Source: Basidiobolus meristosporus CBS 931.73
Lineage: Eukaryota; Fungi; Basidiobolomycota
Assembly: GCA_002104905.1 (NCBI GenBank)
Contig: MCFE01000078.1
Coordinates: 1-64,000 of the forward strand
Direction of reading: 5' to 3'
DNA: 64,000 nucleotides
Under the pieces are notes generated by a model that saw nothing but the letters and a program-made list of their open reading frames with translations, made no database searches and was not told where the DNA came from. Each line of letters begins with the position of its first letter. Positions within the stretch are counted from its first letter, which is position 1. This document shows, piece by piece, positions 13,701 through 25,140 of this stretch. Made by a program: the position numbers and the translations under genes.

Positions 13701-13919
13701 GAAATACGCTTCGGGTAGAACAGAAACGTAGCAAGCATTCTCAGGAGCACTAACCACTTCGGGACTAAGCCACCAATCCATGATGAAGATCGTTTCTTTG
13801 GCGTGTAGAATGGCTTCCGAGACTGCGTAAAAATAGTCCTTTCCATCAACGAACCATTTAGCATATGCTCCGTACCTCTCAGGTGCGAAGGAGGAATATC
13901 TGTTTGTGTTTTCTGCCAT
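10753..13919 (-). CDS. Phospholipase D (PLD1/Spo14-type catalytic core, two HKD motifs), 11 exons including a 9-nt micro-exon
   Basis: Exons deduced: 13919-13755, 13647-13423, 13328-13320, 13253-13195, 13132-13023, 12952-12669, 12601-12526, 12449-12397, 12338-11717, 11660-11560, 11505-10753. Motifs [27 protein letters not shown] (HKD1), [37 protein letters not shown] (HKD2), [18 protein letters not shown]. Confidence 0.95.
11251..11312 (-). repeat. Coding low-complexity Pro-Met repeat in the last PLD exon
   Basis: Hexamer-based repeats (ATGCCR-like on the minus strand) encoding [21 protein letters not shown]. Confidence 0.85.
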
Positions 13920-15223
13920 TCCGTTGGTACCTAAACTTTTCCGAGGTGAAAGGATTGAAAGGGCAATTTTGTGTAATCAACACTAGTTATAGAAACTTGT
14001 GAAATCCACAACCGCATGTTAGAACCCTTGATAAATGATCTCAACGATCATTAGCCCTCTGCGATAAAACGTAATGCAGGCCTGGCTGATATGGTGATCA
14101 TCGTGTTGGATCATAATTAATGAAATACCTTTTCAAAACAGATACTTACGTCATATAAGCAAATCAGTATCCAACGAATCCAGTTACATTTTCCCAATAT
14201 TTTACCAGCTGTGTAGCCGATTGTGCTCTACTGGAGCATGATATCTACGTAATGCGAGCGTTGACGTTTGTAACAGGCGCAGGGCACGGAAACGAGCACA
14301 GAAGACACCAGTGCTGGGGGATGTGACTTCTCGATGGTAACCCATAAAAGGCCGCAATACGCTGACTCCTAGACACCAGATAAACTTGATCGACCCTACC
14401 ACCTCAACACAATTCAGGATTCCCATACACTGAGCCTACTCGGTGCAGAGATAACACTCATTTCTATCAACTTGCTCCATAGCCATCTGCAACCAAGTCA
14501 ATTGCCAGGCTGAACCGTCAAATGCGACACCAATGTTCTCATCCAATTACATGCTGATTAGAAGGTGATCAGCCACTGATGTTCCATATTCCCATAAGCG
14601 TGGTATAGTCAGGCGCTAAATTCATGGATATTGCGTTTCTCTCATTTGCGAGCTCCGCCGTGCATGATTTTGGTTGGGATAGATATCCAGCGTATCCATA
14701 TTTATATGACCGCGAAATATCTATCTCGCGGATTACTAGCCCGCTCTAGAGGATGGGGCAACCTCATTGGATCGTGGAAGCAGACAGCATTAAATAGCCG
14801 CACTTGGTCGCAGAATGAAAACAATCGCTGCCACAAAATATTTGTATAGCTCATGGATAGCTCTAGTTTAGCCGGACCAAGAAATCTAGGTCGTTGGGAA
14901 TATGATCAACTGAGGTGACACATGAAATAAACCAGTCCTTCAATTCCGCTTTGAAACACTACTTTATTATATGCACCTATCTAATGCTTTCCCCATGCTT
15001 GTTATTGGTCACATCTTTGTATATCTCTAACCTGGCCCATACACAAGCTGCTGATATATCTTAAGTGTTGTAGCTACTTCCTAGCCAAGCATTCTCCCTG
15101 GCCGGTTCTATTGTGCTAGCGATTGCAAGTCAGCCTAGAACTCGTCAACCTGCTCCTGCAAAGCTTTATAGTGGTATACGTTCATATTCTTCAGTTACCT
15201 TTGGTTCGTCGGTATCCGCGGAA

Positions 15224-16822
15224 ATGTCGTTCATCTTACATCACCAGAGAGTCCTCCGAAAGTCTGCGGGTCCTCTACGGCTCTACAAACGTGTGTGTAC
15301 CCGCACACTGAGTAGCCGGTCTTTGCCTTCACTCTCCTCGCAGCAGCATTCGCAGCGTACCTTCTCTATGTATACATCTTCGCCACGCCGAGCACCTAAA
15401 TATCCAAACGAGCACCAACCAGAAAACAGTGCAGATACAAACTGGTGGATATATCTCCTAGGAGTGAGTTTGTTAGGAGGACTCGGGTGGGCCTATCAAC
15501 ATCACTTCAAGTATCACCATAATCCCACCCAGCCGGAGACTAGAGAGGAAGAGGAAGAAGATGGGCTCCTTCCCTCCGCCTCCATTAACAAGAAGCTGAG
15601 GAAACATGAAAAAACCGTCCTGACCAAGTCCTCGAAGATTCCCAGATTTGACACGAACCAATTGGCCTCGAATTCTCCTATCGAGGATTATCACACTGAG
15701 CTATCCAACGACTCCAAAGATGCATGGTATTTCGGTGTGTTCGATGGTCATGCCGGAAAGTATTGCGCCCAGAGGTTGGCTAATCAACTGGTCCAACAAG
15801 TGCGCGACAATGTCGAGAAAATGGAGGCCAGTAAAGATCAGGAGTTACCTGAGCAGATTGGCCAAACCATTGTTAAAACCTTTGAAAATCTCGATCGAGA
15901 GATCGTCTGGGGCTCCCTGGGTGAAATCATAGTAAACACTGAAAAGGCCGTCCAAGTAAGTATACCTGCAGCTATCTCTGGGAGCTGCGCGATCATTGGA
16001 TATATAGATACAAAAACCATGGACCTATACGTGGCTAACACAGGTGATTCACGGGCACTGATCGGCACCTTGGGCAACGATGGTAAGTGGAGCTCGGTGG
16101 AAATGAGCAATGACCAAAATACCACCAATAGCAAAGAGAGAGAGAGGCTGTATAGCGAGCACCCCGGCGAAGAAAAGACAGTGATATCCAAAGGGAGAGT
16201 TCTGGGATCTTTAGGTGAGGCTTTGGTTGGATATTACGCACCATGTAGGCCCGTTGCTAATCAATCATTGTTCCCACCTAGCCCCGACCCGTACATTTGG
16301 TATGAGCGTTTTCTGTCGCTTTACACTGCTAGGGAAAGCGTGCTGATGCACATTTATCTAGGCGACTCGCGATACAAATGGAGCACCCGTACCCAACTAG
16401 CAATCCGGGATAACTTCTTCCCAAGAATGCGCATCCCACCTCCACACTATTCGACACCACCATACGTCACCGCAACACCTGAGGTTAGACACCGACGACT
16501 TAATCCGCAAGATAAATTTATGGTGGTGGCAAGTGATGGGCTATTTGACATGTTGAGTAATGACGAGATAGTGTCTCTGATTGGAACCTATCTGCATGAT
16601 CGCAATCCCAAGCTTCCTGACAATGACCCCAATAGCCAGCCCGCCAAGAACAACAATTGGGCGTACATAGATGATAATGCAGCTACTCATCTGATCCGTA
16701 ATGCACTTGGTGGTAAGTCAAGGAAGGAGTTGAGCAAAATGCTGTCTGTCGAGGCGCCACACTCTAGAAGTTTGCGCGATGACATCACCGTGACAGTGAT
16801 ATTTTTCGAGGATTCAGTGTAA
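15224..16822 (+). CDS. PTC5: Mitochondrial PP2C-family pyruvate dehydrogenase phosphatase (Ptc5/PDP-like), 3 exons
   Basis: Arg/Ser-rich presequence, QLASNSPIED, FGVFDGHAG, LYVANTGDSRA, HPGE..VI..GRVLG, YVTATPEV, VASDGLFD, NAATHLIRNALGG, RDDITVTVIFF. Introns 16215-16281 and 16300-16361 flank an 18-nt exon that restores LAPTRTFGDSRYKW. ATG at 15224 is preferred over the non-ATG ORF start. Confidence 0.92.
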   Translation: MSFILHHQRVLRKSAGPLRLYKRVCTRTLSSRSLPSLSSQQHSQRTFSMYTSSPRRAPKYPNEHQPENSADTNWWIYLLGVSLLGGLGWAYQHHFKYHHNPTQPETREEEEEDGLLPSASINKKLRKHEKTVLTKSSKIPRFDTNQLASNSPIEDYHTELSNDSKDAWYFGVFDGHAGKYCAQRLANQLVQQVRDNVEKMEASKDQELPEQIGQTIVKTFENLDREIVWGSLGEIIVNTEKAVQVSIPAAISGSCAIIGYIDTKTMDLYVANTGDSRALIGTLGNDGKWSSVEMSNDQNTTNSKERERLYSEHPGEEKTVISKGRVLGSLGEALVGYYAPCRPVANQSLFPPSPDPYIWYERFLSLYTARESVLMHIYLGDSRYKWSTRTQLAIRDNFFPRMRIPPPHYSTPPYVTATPEVRHRRLNPQDKFMVVASDGLFDMLSNDEIVSLIGTYLHDRNPKLPDNDPNSQPAKNNNWAYIDDNAATHLIRNALGGKSRKELSKMLSVEAPHSRSLRDDITVTVIFFEDSV

Positions 16823-17554
16823 ATACTTGCCCTGTTAAACAAAGTCCAGTCGAACCATCAACCCCATAAAGGACCGAAGAACCGAGCTACACTCTATACC
16901 AGCGACTCTGATACTTCACTCGCATACCATTATTTAACAACAACCAAGTGAAGCTATCAGGTAATTCAAATTATACAATAACCTCAGCCTATAGGGAGAA
17001 AGTAAACCTCTCACGAACTCCACCTACACCCCCAAGATTTATAAAAGCCAAGTAGGGCGGGATATAGCTGCCTAACAACACCCATCATTTCGATGAACTA
17101 GAGCAGTTGAAGTGGTCACAAGAATGAGATGTATGTTATTTGAGATCAAGAGCGATAGCTCAGGTGCTGTTGAGGTGAGAAGCGATATCGGTACAGCTTA
17201 CTTGGCATTTCTATAGTTGAGAATCCACTGCATATCACTGGCCAAGTCCGGGTGGGTGTGCTAAAATAGTTGGCAAAATACAAGATCCTTGCGAAGGTGT
17301 ACATGCTGGCTCAATCTTCATTGAACCTACTTTGTTTATTGCATTCAGATAGGGCTGATACGCCATTACTGGCGTAACACCTGAATGAACATGATTATCA
17401 AAAGATGTTACAAGGTCCTGTTATGGATGTTTGAGAAATGTGTGTTGATATGCGAATTCGACAGTGTGAGCTTGCATAATATGTTGGGTTGTACAAATAT
17501 GTGATTTTCGTGACATCATTAAACAATTTCCGGAAATTCATCGGTCAAATGCGT

Positions 17555-18338
17555 TTACATGAACCTTCGGCCACGTAATAATTGCTTCTCACGGATTATC
17601 TCCAGTACATGGGACATTCCTTTACGGCTCTGGGAAAACCGTTAGAATGGAAGGAAACAACTCAGCTAGAGAAAATATGGCTCACCTTGACTGTGTTGTC
17701 GGCAAACTTCTTCACTCCAAATCCCTCCAATTTACCAGTTAGGCCCCAGCCAAAGTTCGAGATAATTCGCGCCTCGGTGGTTACTTGGGTCCTGAACATG
17801 AACATGGATATGATAAATTCAAGCACCAGACTGACCATAACTATCTCCAAACAATACCCACCACTGAGCCTGCTCCGGGTGAGGCCTGAATGTTTGTGTC
17901 TCTTCGATTTGCATTATGCGAGTGTGGTTGAGATTTTTGGTACGGGTGACCATGGAATTGTTGTGAGGATTGATGACAGATTCTTCAATAATAAAAGCCT
18001 GGTTATTTTTCATGATCTATTATTGCCGAAACTATTAGCGTTAGTCTCAAACAGAACGGTAAAGCCTCTGTACCTTAGTCCCCCACTTTGGAAGAACGCC
18101 TTTCTTCAAAAGGATACGGGTGGTGTGAAGGCATCCCTCTGAATCTACGTATCTGTCGAGAACATCCGCTCCCAGCACATGTGAAGCGAACGGATTGGGA
18201 TAACGAAGCCAGAAAGCTAGTGAGACATTTTCCCAAGGATGTCTTGAACAAAGAGCATTTGAATTACCACGTCTAGAAAGTAAAGCCCTTACAAACCACT
18301 TACTCATAAGAGAAGGTATTTTGATAAATTTTAACCAT
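17555..18338 (-). CDS. UPS1: PRELI/Ups1-like mitochondrial intermembrane lipid-transfer protein, 5 exons
   Basis: Spliced product: MVKIYQNTFSYE-HPWENVSLAFWLRYPNPFASHVL..D VLDR..LHTTRILLKKGVLPKW ... EESVINP..MVTRTKNLNHTRIMQIEE ... GWGLTGKLEGFGVKKF..N..KSRKGM..VL. Confidence 0.9.
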
Positions 18339-20165
18339 ATAAAAGTATGCCCGGAAACAAGGGAATTCGGCCAATGATAGGATGATACGGGGATTTCGCT
18401 TCCAGTTGAGAGAAACGCGCAGACTTCAATTATGTGAAGAAACGACCAAGAACGCAAGGATAACGCAATAAATGGTTGAGGAAGCTGGGGAAATAGAGTT
18501 GCAAACCACTTGGCGAGGCCCTCGACGCGGAAAAAAAACAGAATTCCCCCGAAATAAGTCGATCGAAGTCTGGAGGCATGAAGTCAGACTGAATGGTTCA
18601 TGTGAATTTTGGAATGAGACATGGAATAAAGGTATCGGATTAATAGTACCAGAATCAAGCAGTCTCGACAAGAATCTAGCCCGCATGAATGCTCTTTACC
18701 GTCAGCATCCAACCCATATAGATAATTACAACCAACAAATCTATGGATTTTAATCGAGCTTTTCGCTGGCATTCATCGGGGCCCCGTATTTGATGGTCAG
18801 GTGCAAGGCCCTGGATTGTACATATTCATGCTAGGAATATCGATCCACATCTGCAATGCTAAATCGCTAGAATGGTCCAAATCAAAATTAGCCCAACTTC
18901 GGTCTAGTGCTCCGCACCATGGAAAAACACAGTACCAAACAGTCCAAGAGGAGTGTGAAGGATTCATGTATGGGATAGCCTCTTTTATTGATGCTTTCTG
19001 GATTGGATAGTCTACCTGCTTTCCCCTTTTAAGCCGTCCTCGAAATCGCTCCGTGTAAGATAGGAGTTCTCGAATCCAATGGGCTACTGCGACTGATTGG
19101 CCAAGATTAATCCAGCAAAGATTTTGCATCATGCGCCAACTCTTGAAAGCCATGTTAAAGGTGGCCCCGAACATAGTTTTCCGCCTGTGATATGATATGG
19201 CTACCCCATCTCATCAGCTGAATGGGGAACATAGTCACTTGTTTTGCAATAGCTACAGAATCCGCAAATTCCGCTCTCAATGGCGAGTGAATCACACAAG
19301 TAGATGGTAAGCAAATGATGCTGGCATCTATGATATGCCAAGCACAATCGAATGATATTGATCTGTTTCTCTTTAAAGGGTGCAGGCACGAAAGTAGCTA
19401 GACAATGCATGAATTCAGGTATGTGACTTTACTGGCACTGTTCACATACGCTTGCGTTCTACGGTAGTGCATAGTGTTTTCACAAGCTCAACTGCAGCTC
19501 TGGCGTATTGCACTCTAGTATGAACGGAGGTATAAAGTATAGATGCCCGCTCGAGTGTGGAAATTACCAAGTAAAGCAAACTACTACTTTAAGATAATGA
19601 TCAGCGACATGAGTGTTGACAGGGTGACCACCAGACGGCGTGATAGTTTATAAGATTCAAACTGGCCAAGGTGCAAATTTCCGTTGGCAACCAGCGCATG
19701 ATAGCCGTTATTGCCTTGCATAGATTAACTTCGTTGCGGTACTACTGACATCACATCAGAAATGGTAAGGTGACATGTATGACATCATTAATTTACAGCG
19801 ATGCTGCAACCTTGTAGTGAAGTTTCTATACATTATTATGAGGCAATTTGTCATTTGATAGAGAATAATTATGCTGCATTATCAATGAAAGCGCTGTTCA
19901 TCTTGTGTCCAATCACAAATGCTGCAAGAATTAAAGTTGTAAACTGTATACAAATCAGCCACCCCTTCACAATGACACCCTATTTCATCTCCATCCTCTA
20001 GCCACACCACCTATAACTCAGCTCCCCGCCTCAACCTGCCCACTGTTTCTGAACTTTCTCTAATTCACCGCAGCTGTACTACACCACTAGTCCTATTAAT
20101 TCGTGACTTTTCTTCTCCCCTGCTCTGCCCCTTATCGCCCGTGTATTTAGTTCACCTACTTCAGA

Positions 20166-21051
<886 letters not shown>

Positions 21052-24034
21052 TCTAGAATATATTCCCCAACCCCTTTCATGATTCATGTCGCCAGCGGGT
21101 TAAGATAGCATACTACAAGGCAGCCAACAAATTTGATTTTCTTTGTATCGTAGATACCATTACACACCTCGTAATATATGAAATTAACTTAATCTCCCTC
21201 ATGTGCTTGAAGTTGTATAAGGACAGCTACACAATAGAGTATTATTTCCAAAGCTGGAAACATCCTAAATTTCGCAGATCCAAATTAGTCAACGAAGCCA
21301 ACCACCGCACATGGCTCGGCAAATAGAAATGAGAGAATTCGCCAGCGCACTCAATTCACCTCGGGTGTCTAAGAATATAAATTCTACACGATTTGAGATC
21401 TGCGAGGTGTCTTCTGGTGAAGGCCCCAGTTCGGGATCAGCAAATTGGGATCAAAACCCGACCTGTTGAAGAATAAGCCGTACCGCTGAAAATAAACGAA
21501 TACACAAACGCAGTAGACAGAGGGCCGAGGTTGGCCAGCCAGTCACACTCTCCGTAAAAATATGCGGATGATTTGAACAAGCGCCCTCTCGGTATTTTTT
21601 AGAACTGGAGGATACAAAACCATTTGGCGTTTTTTCTGATTGGCAGAAGTGCTGGGCAGGTCAAGATAAACGACAGGTCTAACCCGATACTGGTGTGTCT
21701 CTGCCAAGAGGATTAGCTGAAGGAGCAATGTGAATGCGAAGGGCCATACAATAGGCTTCTGAATGGAAATCACGCTCGTCAGACTCATCACCATTTGTTT
21801 ACAATAATACTCCGATTAATTTCTGGCCATTGCTTGCAAAGATACCTCACGTTCCATTTGACATGTGACTCTCCAATAAGTAGTTCGTTCAGGAGTGTGG
21901 GTCATTTCCCGAAGTCGCCACACAAATTGGATTATTGATGAAATCTCTATTCACCAATTGTGTTGATAGATCATATCTGGTTGTTTACCAAACGATTCGT
22001 AATTAAGTTTTGATGGAAAATATTCTCATTCGTTGGCTTAATAAATGAAATATTCTTCTGGAAAACCGGTTCAAATGAAATATCACATGAATCAGATAGG
22101 CGCGGATTGTCAGATTGGATTGATAGACTCCATCGTGAATGTGCTAGCCCAGTCTGCTAGCGAAGCAGGACACGGGTTAGGCCACCGCCCTCATGTCAGC
22201 GACAGCCGATTCACGCTCAGATACTTTGAGCAGTGGTTGACGGTGCGTCATCCAGGTGGAATCCTTCGATCTAACAGTGTGCACTTCGGGATATGCCAAC
22301 TATGAGGTCAGGATGATGAAGATTATTAGTCCCTGCGATATTTTAGGAAGAAGCATCGAACAAATGCAGCTTGACTCTATGACTTGGTTGAATATGGAAA
22401 GTTTGACCATGGCCAATTTTGAAATGCTGGGTAGCTTTGCGCTCCAGAAGCCACCCTTGAGCCGATTCTAGATTGGGATCATGTAACACCCATCCGAAAA
22501 ACTAAGATTAATTGCATGCAAAATAGGTCACCGGCTTACAACGTAGCTAGTCCAGAATCGGCTTAGATTGTATGAGTGATAACAGCATTGATTGTTTCCA
22601 GCAATATTCAGGCTATTATAAGCACCCCAATACGATCATTTTTACCAAATGCTGTAATTAAGTTACGCTTTTAGCATGAAGATAACGCTGTCGAATATGC
22701 TAAACGATACATTCCGCTTACACAAGAGTGATTGGATGCACAATCTAAAGGGTGAATACTGTCTAGTACATCTAAATATACTTGACCCCCTCCTATGTCA
22801 AAAATAAATATAGCTCAGTATATATTAGTAGTCGCACGAAATATACCTAGAAATGATTACATATCCGGATCTACATGGGTAGGGTGCCAATCTACTCAAG
22901 CCACCTTCGTTAATTTTGGCAATAGAGCTATGGAAATTTGGCACTGATGATTGGGAAGAAGCATAAGGAAGGTAGATGCTCTGACCTGAATATCGCTCCT
23001 GACGCTCGTCCACGGCGATTGGCATCATTCCAGGTTCTCTAGTCACCGTCACTTGAAAAGGTAGTTGTCGGGATTCAATCTGAATGACCCCCGGGCGAAT
23101 CAATTATTTACATTTACTTTCCAATAAACTTGGCTTTGAAGGTGCTTCATTTTCCTATTTGTTAGACGGGAGAGTAGCACGTTTGTTGATTACTCGGATT
23201 TTACTTGGTAGATTCCGTGTATACGAGCCACAAGTAGCCCATTTGAAACCTGAACACTGTCGAGTGGTTTTGCAGCTACCTGAGGCGAGGCCTTGAGCAT
23301 CATCATCGACTATGCGGATACGACACAGGTGCCTTTGGTTGCCTATCATGTGTGCCACCTGCCATTTCTCGCCCGCGTCAAGGACTCTGGCATTACGGTG
23401 AGCATCAGATATATTTGGGTCGATGTAGCATCCACTGGTCAAAATGGTGCAAAGCTCTATTGGGGACGGATTCTCCAGCCGCGGGGCCTGGCAACGGAAA
23501 CTTGTCTTTGGTACATCATTTTCCCATAAATTCATGCTCAATAGAATCAATACCAGCGGATCAGAGGTCAGGATCCTTCTGATACTCTAATGGTAGATCC
23601 GCACCATGTTCTTCAATCCGTAGACCATGGTCAGATTGATAATTCTGAGGGCAGAAGTGACTTTTTTCCCAAATCAAGGGAATGACCAGTATTAAAAAAT
23701 CAGTCTGTCCTGTCCTAATGGGTAAGTGATTGGCTCAATCTTCCAAAAGAAAACACGTAAATGGTTGGCGTAGCATACATGATTAAACTTATCCGAGTAA
23801 GCCTATACAGGTACAAAAAAAAACTTCTATGGATTCGATTCGAGACTGTGACAACCTCTGAATACTTAATTGGATTGAAAGTGATTTTTAGATGATGGCT
23901 TTCGATCTTCCTGATTTATAAAGAAGTCGATTGCCTCTAGAGCGGAATAATTCCCTGATCATTGAGATACATCAGATCATCTTTCAATTCACAGTGCGGA
24001 AAGATTCCTGTGAAGAAGCGAGTGTTCATTTTCG

Positions 24035-24945
24035 ATGTTATTGAGTACTGGCGAAAAGCCAGGTCGGGGAATATGGAAGCCTCCCGAGACGAAAAGATTG
24101 ATAGAAGTACGAAGAGAGCTTGACGACCTTTTCTTTTACACGAAAAAGAGAATAGTTGACGAGCAGTGGCAAAAGGTGGCGGAGCGTCTACAAGCCTCTG
24201 GCTTCAATAGAACCATGTTGGAATGTAAAATAAAATGGAAAAATCTACTTCAAAAGTTCAAGGTATGGCCCCTGACCATTTCACGAGAGTTTTAGGCTCC
24301 ACTTAGAGATGACTGGACTCGAAGAATCGGACCTGCTTTAACCGCGACTTCTTCTAGGAAACGCTTCAACCTGGATATAACGGCCCGTCATTTCCCTTCA
24401 GCGAAGACATGCAATGGTACGCAGCAAGATTATCCAGGGAAGGCAAGGAAGAGAGCTCAGAAACCCCAACCAGGGAGGGGAAAAGGCAGTCTCCGCCAGC
24501 CGGTGAAAGCTCACACACCTCTCATGATGCTCGCGCATCACTTCCTCTAATTGAATCTCGCAACGTATCTTCCCCTCGTGCTGCTCATAAGCTTTCCACT
24601 CCTCTTACACCGCAGGGAATAAGTGAGCCTCCACATGGGGATGCCAATCTGAAAAGTATACACTCAGCATACATGCCTACAAACGCATCCTATCAGGATA
24701 CTGCCGGATCGATGGATCCGCTGCCAGTTGAGCCCTCGGCAATCCATTATTCTAACCAGCCATCCGGATCAAGATCACCCCCGTTTCACGGCCACCAATA
24801 TCCAACCGTTTCTTCGCCCATTCCGATGTCTAAACGGCTTAAACCTACAAGATTCGAAGAGGTTTGTATATTTCAATCGTTTTTCTATTCATTTCCATGA
24901 ACTCCCCATTTTGATATATAGATCTTATTTAAAGTACACACGTAA
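24035..24945 (+). CDS. Trihelix / Myb-SANT-like DNA-binding protein; may instead be the 5' half of a fusion with the downstream GS-like gene
   Basis: WKPPETKRLIEVRRELD..F..KKR..EQWQKVAERLQASGFNRTMLECKIKWKNLLQKFK | ETLQ..FPFSEDM matches the trihelix pattern. Intron 24263-24357. Ser/Pro-rich exon 2 ends at a donor after 24861 (KRLKPTRFEE). The stand-alone model ends ILFKVHT* at 24945. Confidence 0.8.
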
Positions 24946-25140
24946 TGCTCCATATTGTTGCTTTACGCCCTTTATCATGACAAATATTCCACCAACGAGT
25001 ATGATACTTGTAGTTGGAGTTCGGATTAGCATGATTGTCACCAGATGAATCTGCGAGTCTCACTTCTATTCTTGATCTGAATTCATCACATACTCTGCTA
25101 CCTCATCACTCTAACCACGCCACATATTTCTATTTTTCAG

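Noticed and set aside
15113-16822. 569-aa single-exon reading of the phosphatase
   Set aside because: It starts at a non-ATG codon and reads through two introns; the conserved PTRxFGD motif appears only after splicing.
17582-18142. 186-aa plus-strand ORF
   Set aside because: Antisense shadow of the spliced UPS1 gene; no recognisable motifs.
18420-19410. Cluster of 60-125 aa ORFs on both strands between UPS1 and RHO1
   Set aside because: No motifs and no consistent exon chain.
22825-23600. Two adjacent minus-strand ORFs (131 and 92 aa) that could be spliced together
   Set aside because: No start codon or convincing first exon, no recognisable family, and equally long ORFs on the opposite strand. 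It could be a pseudogene but is not supportable.
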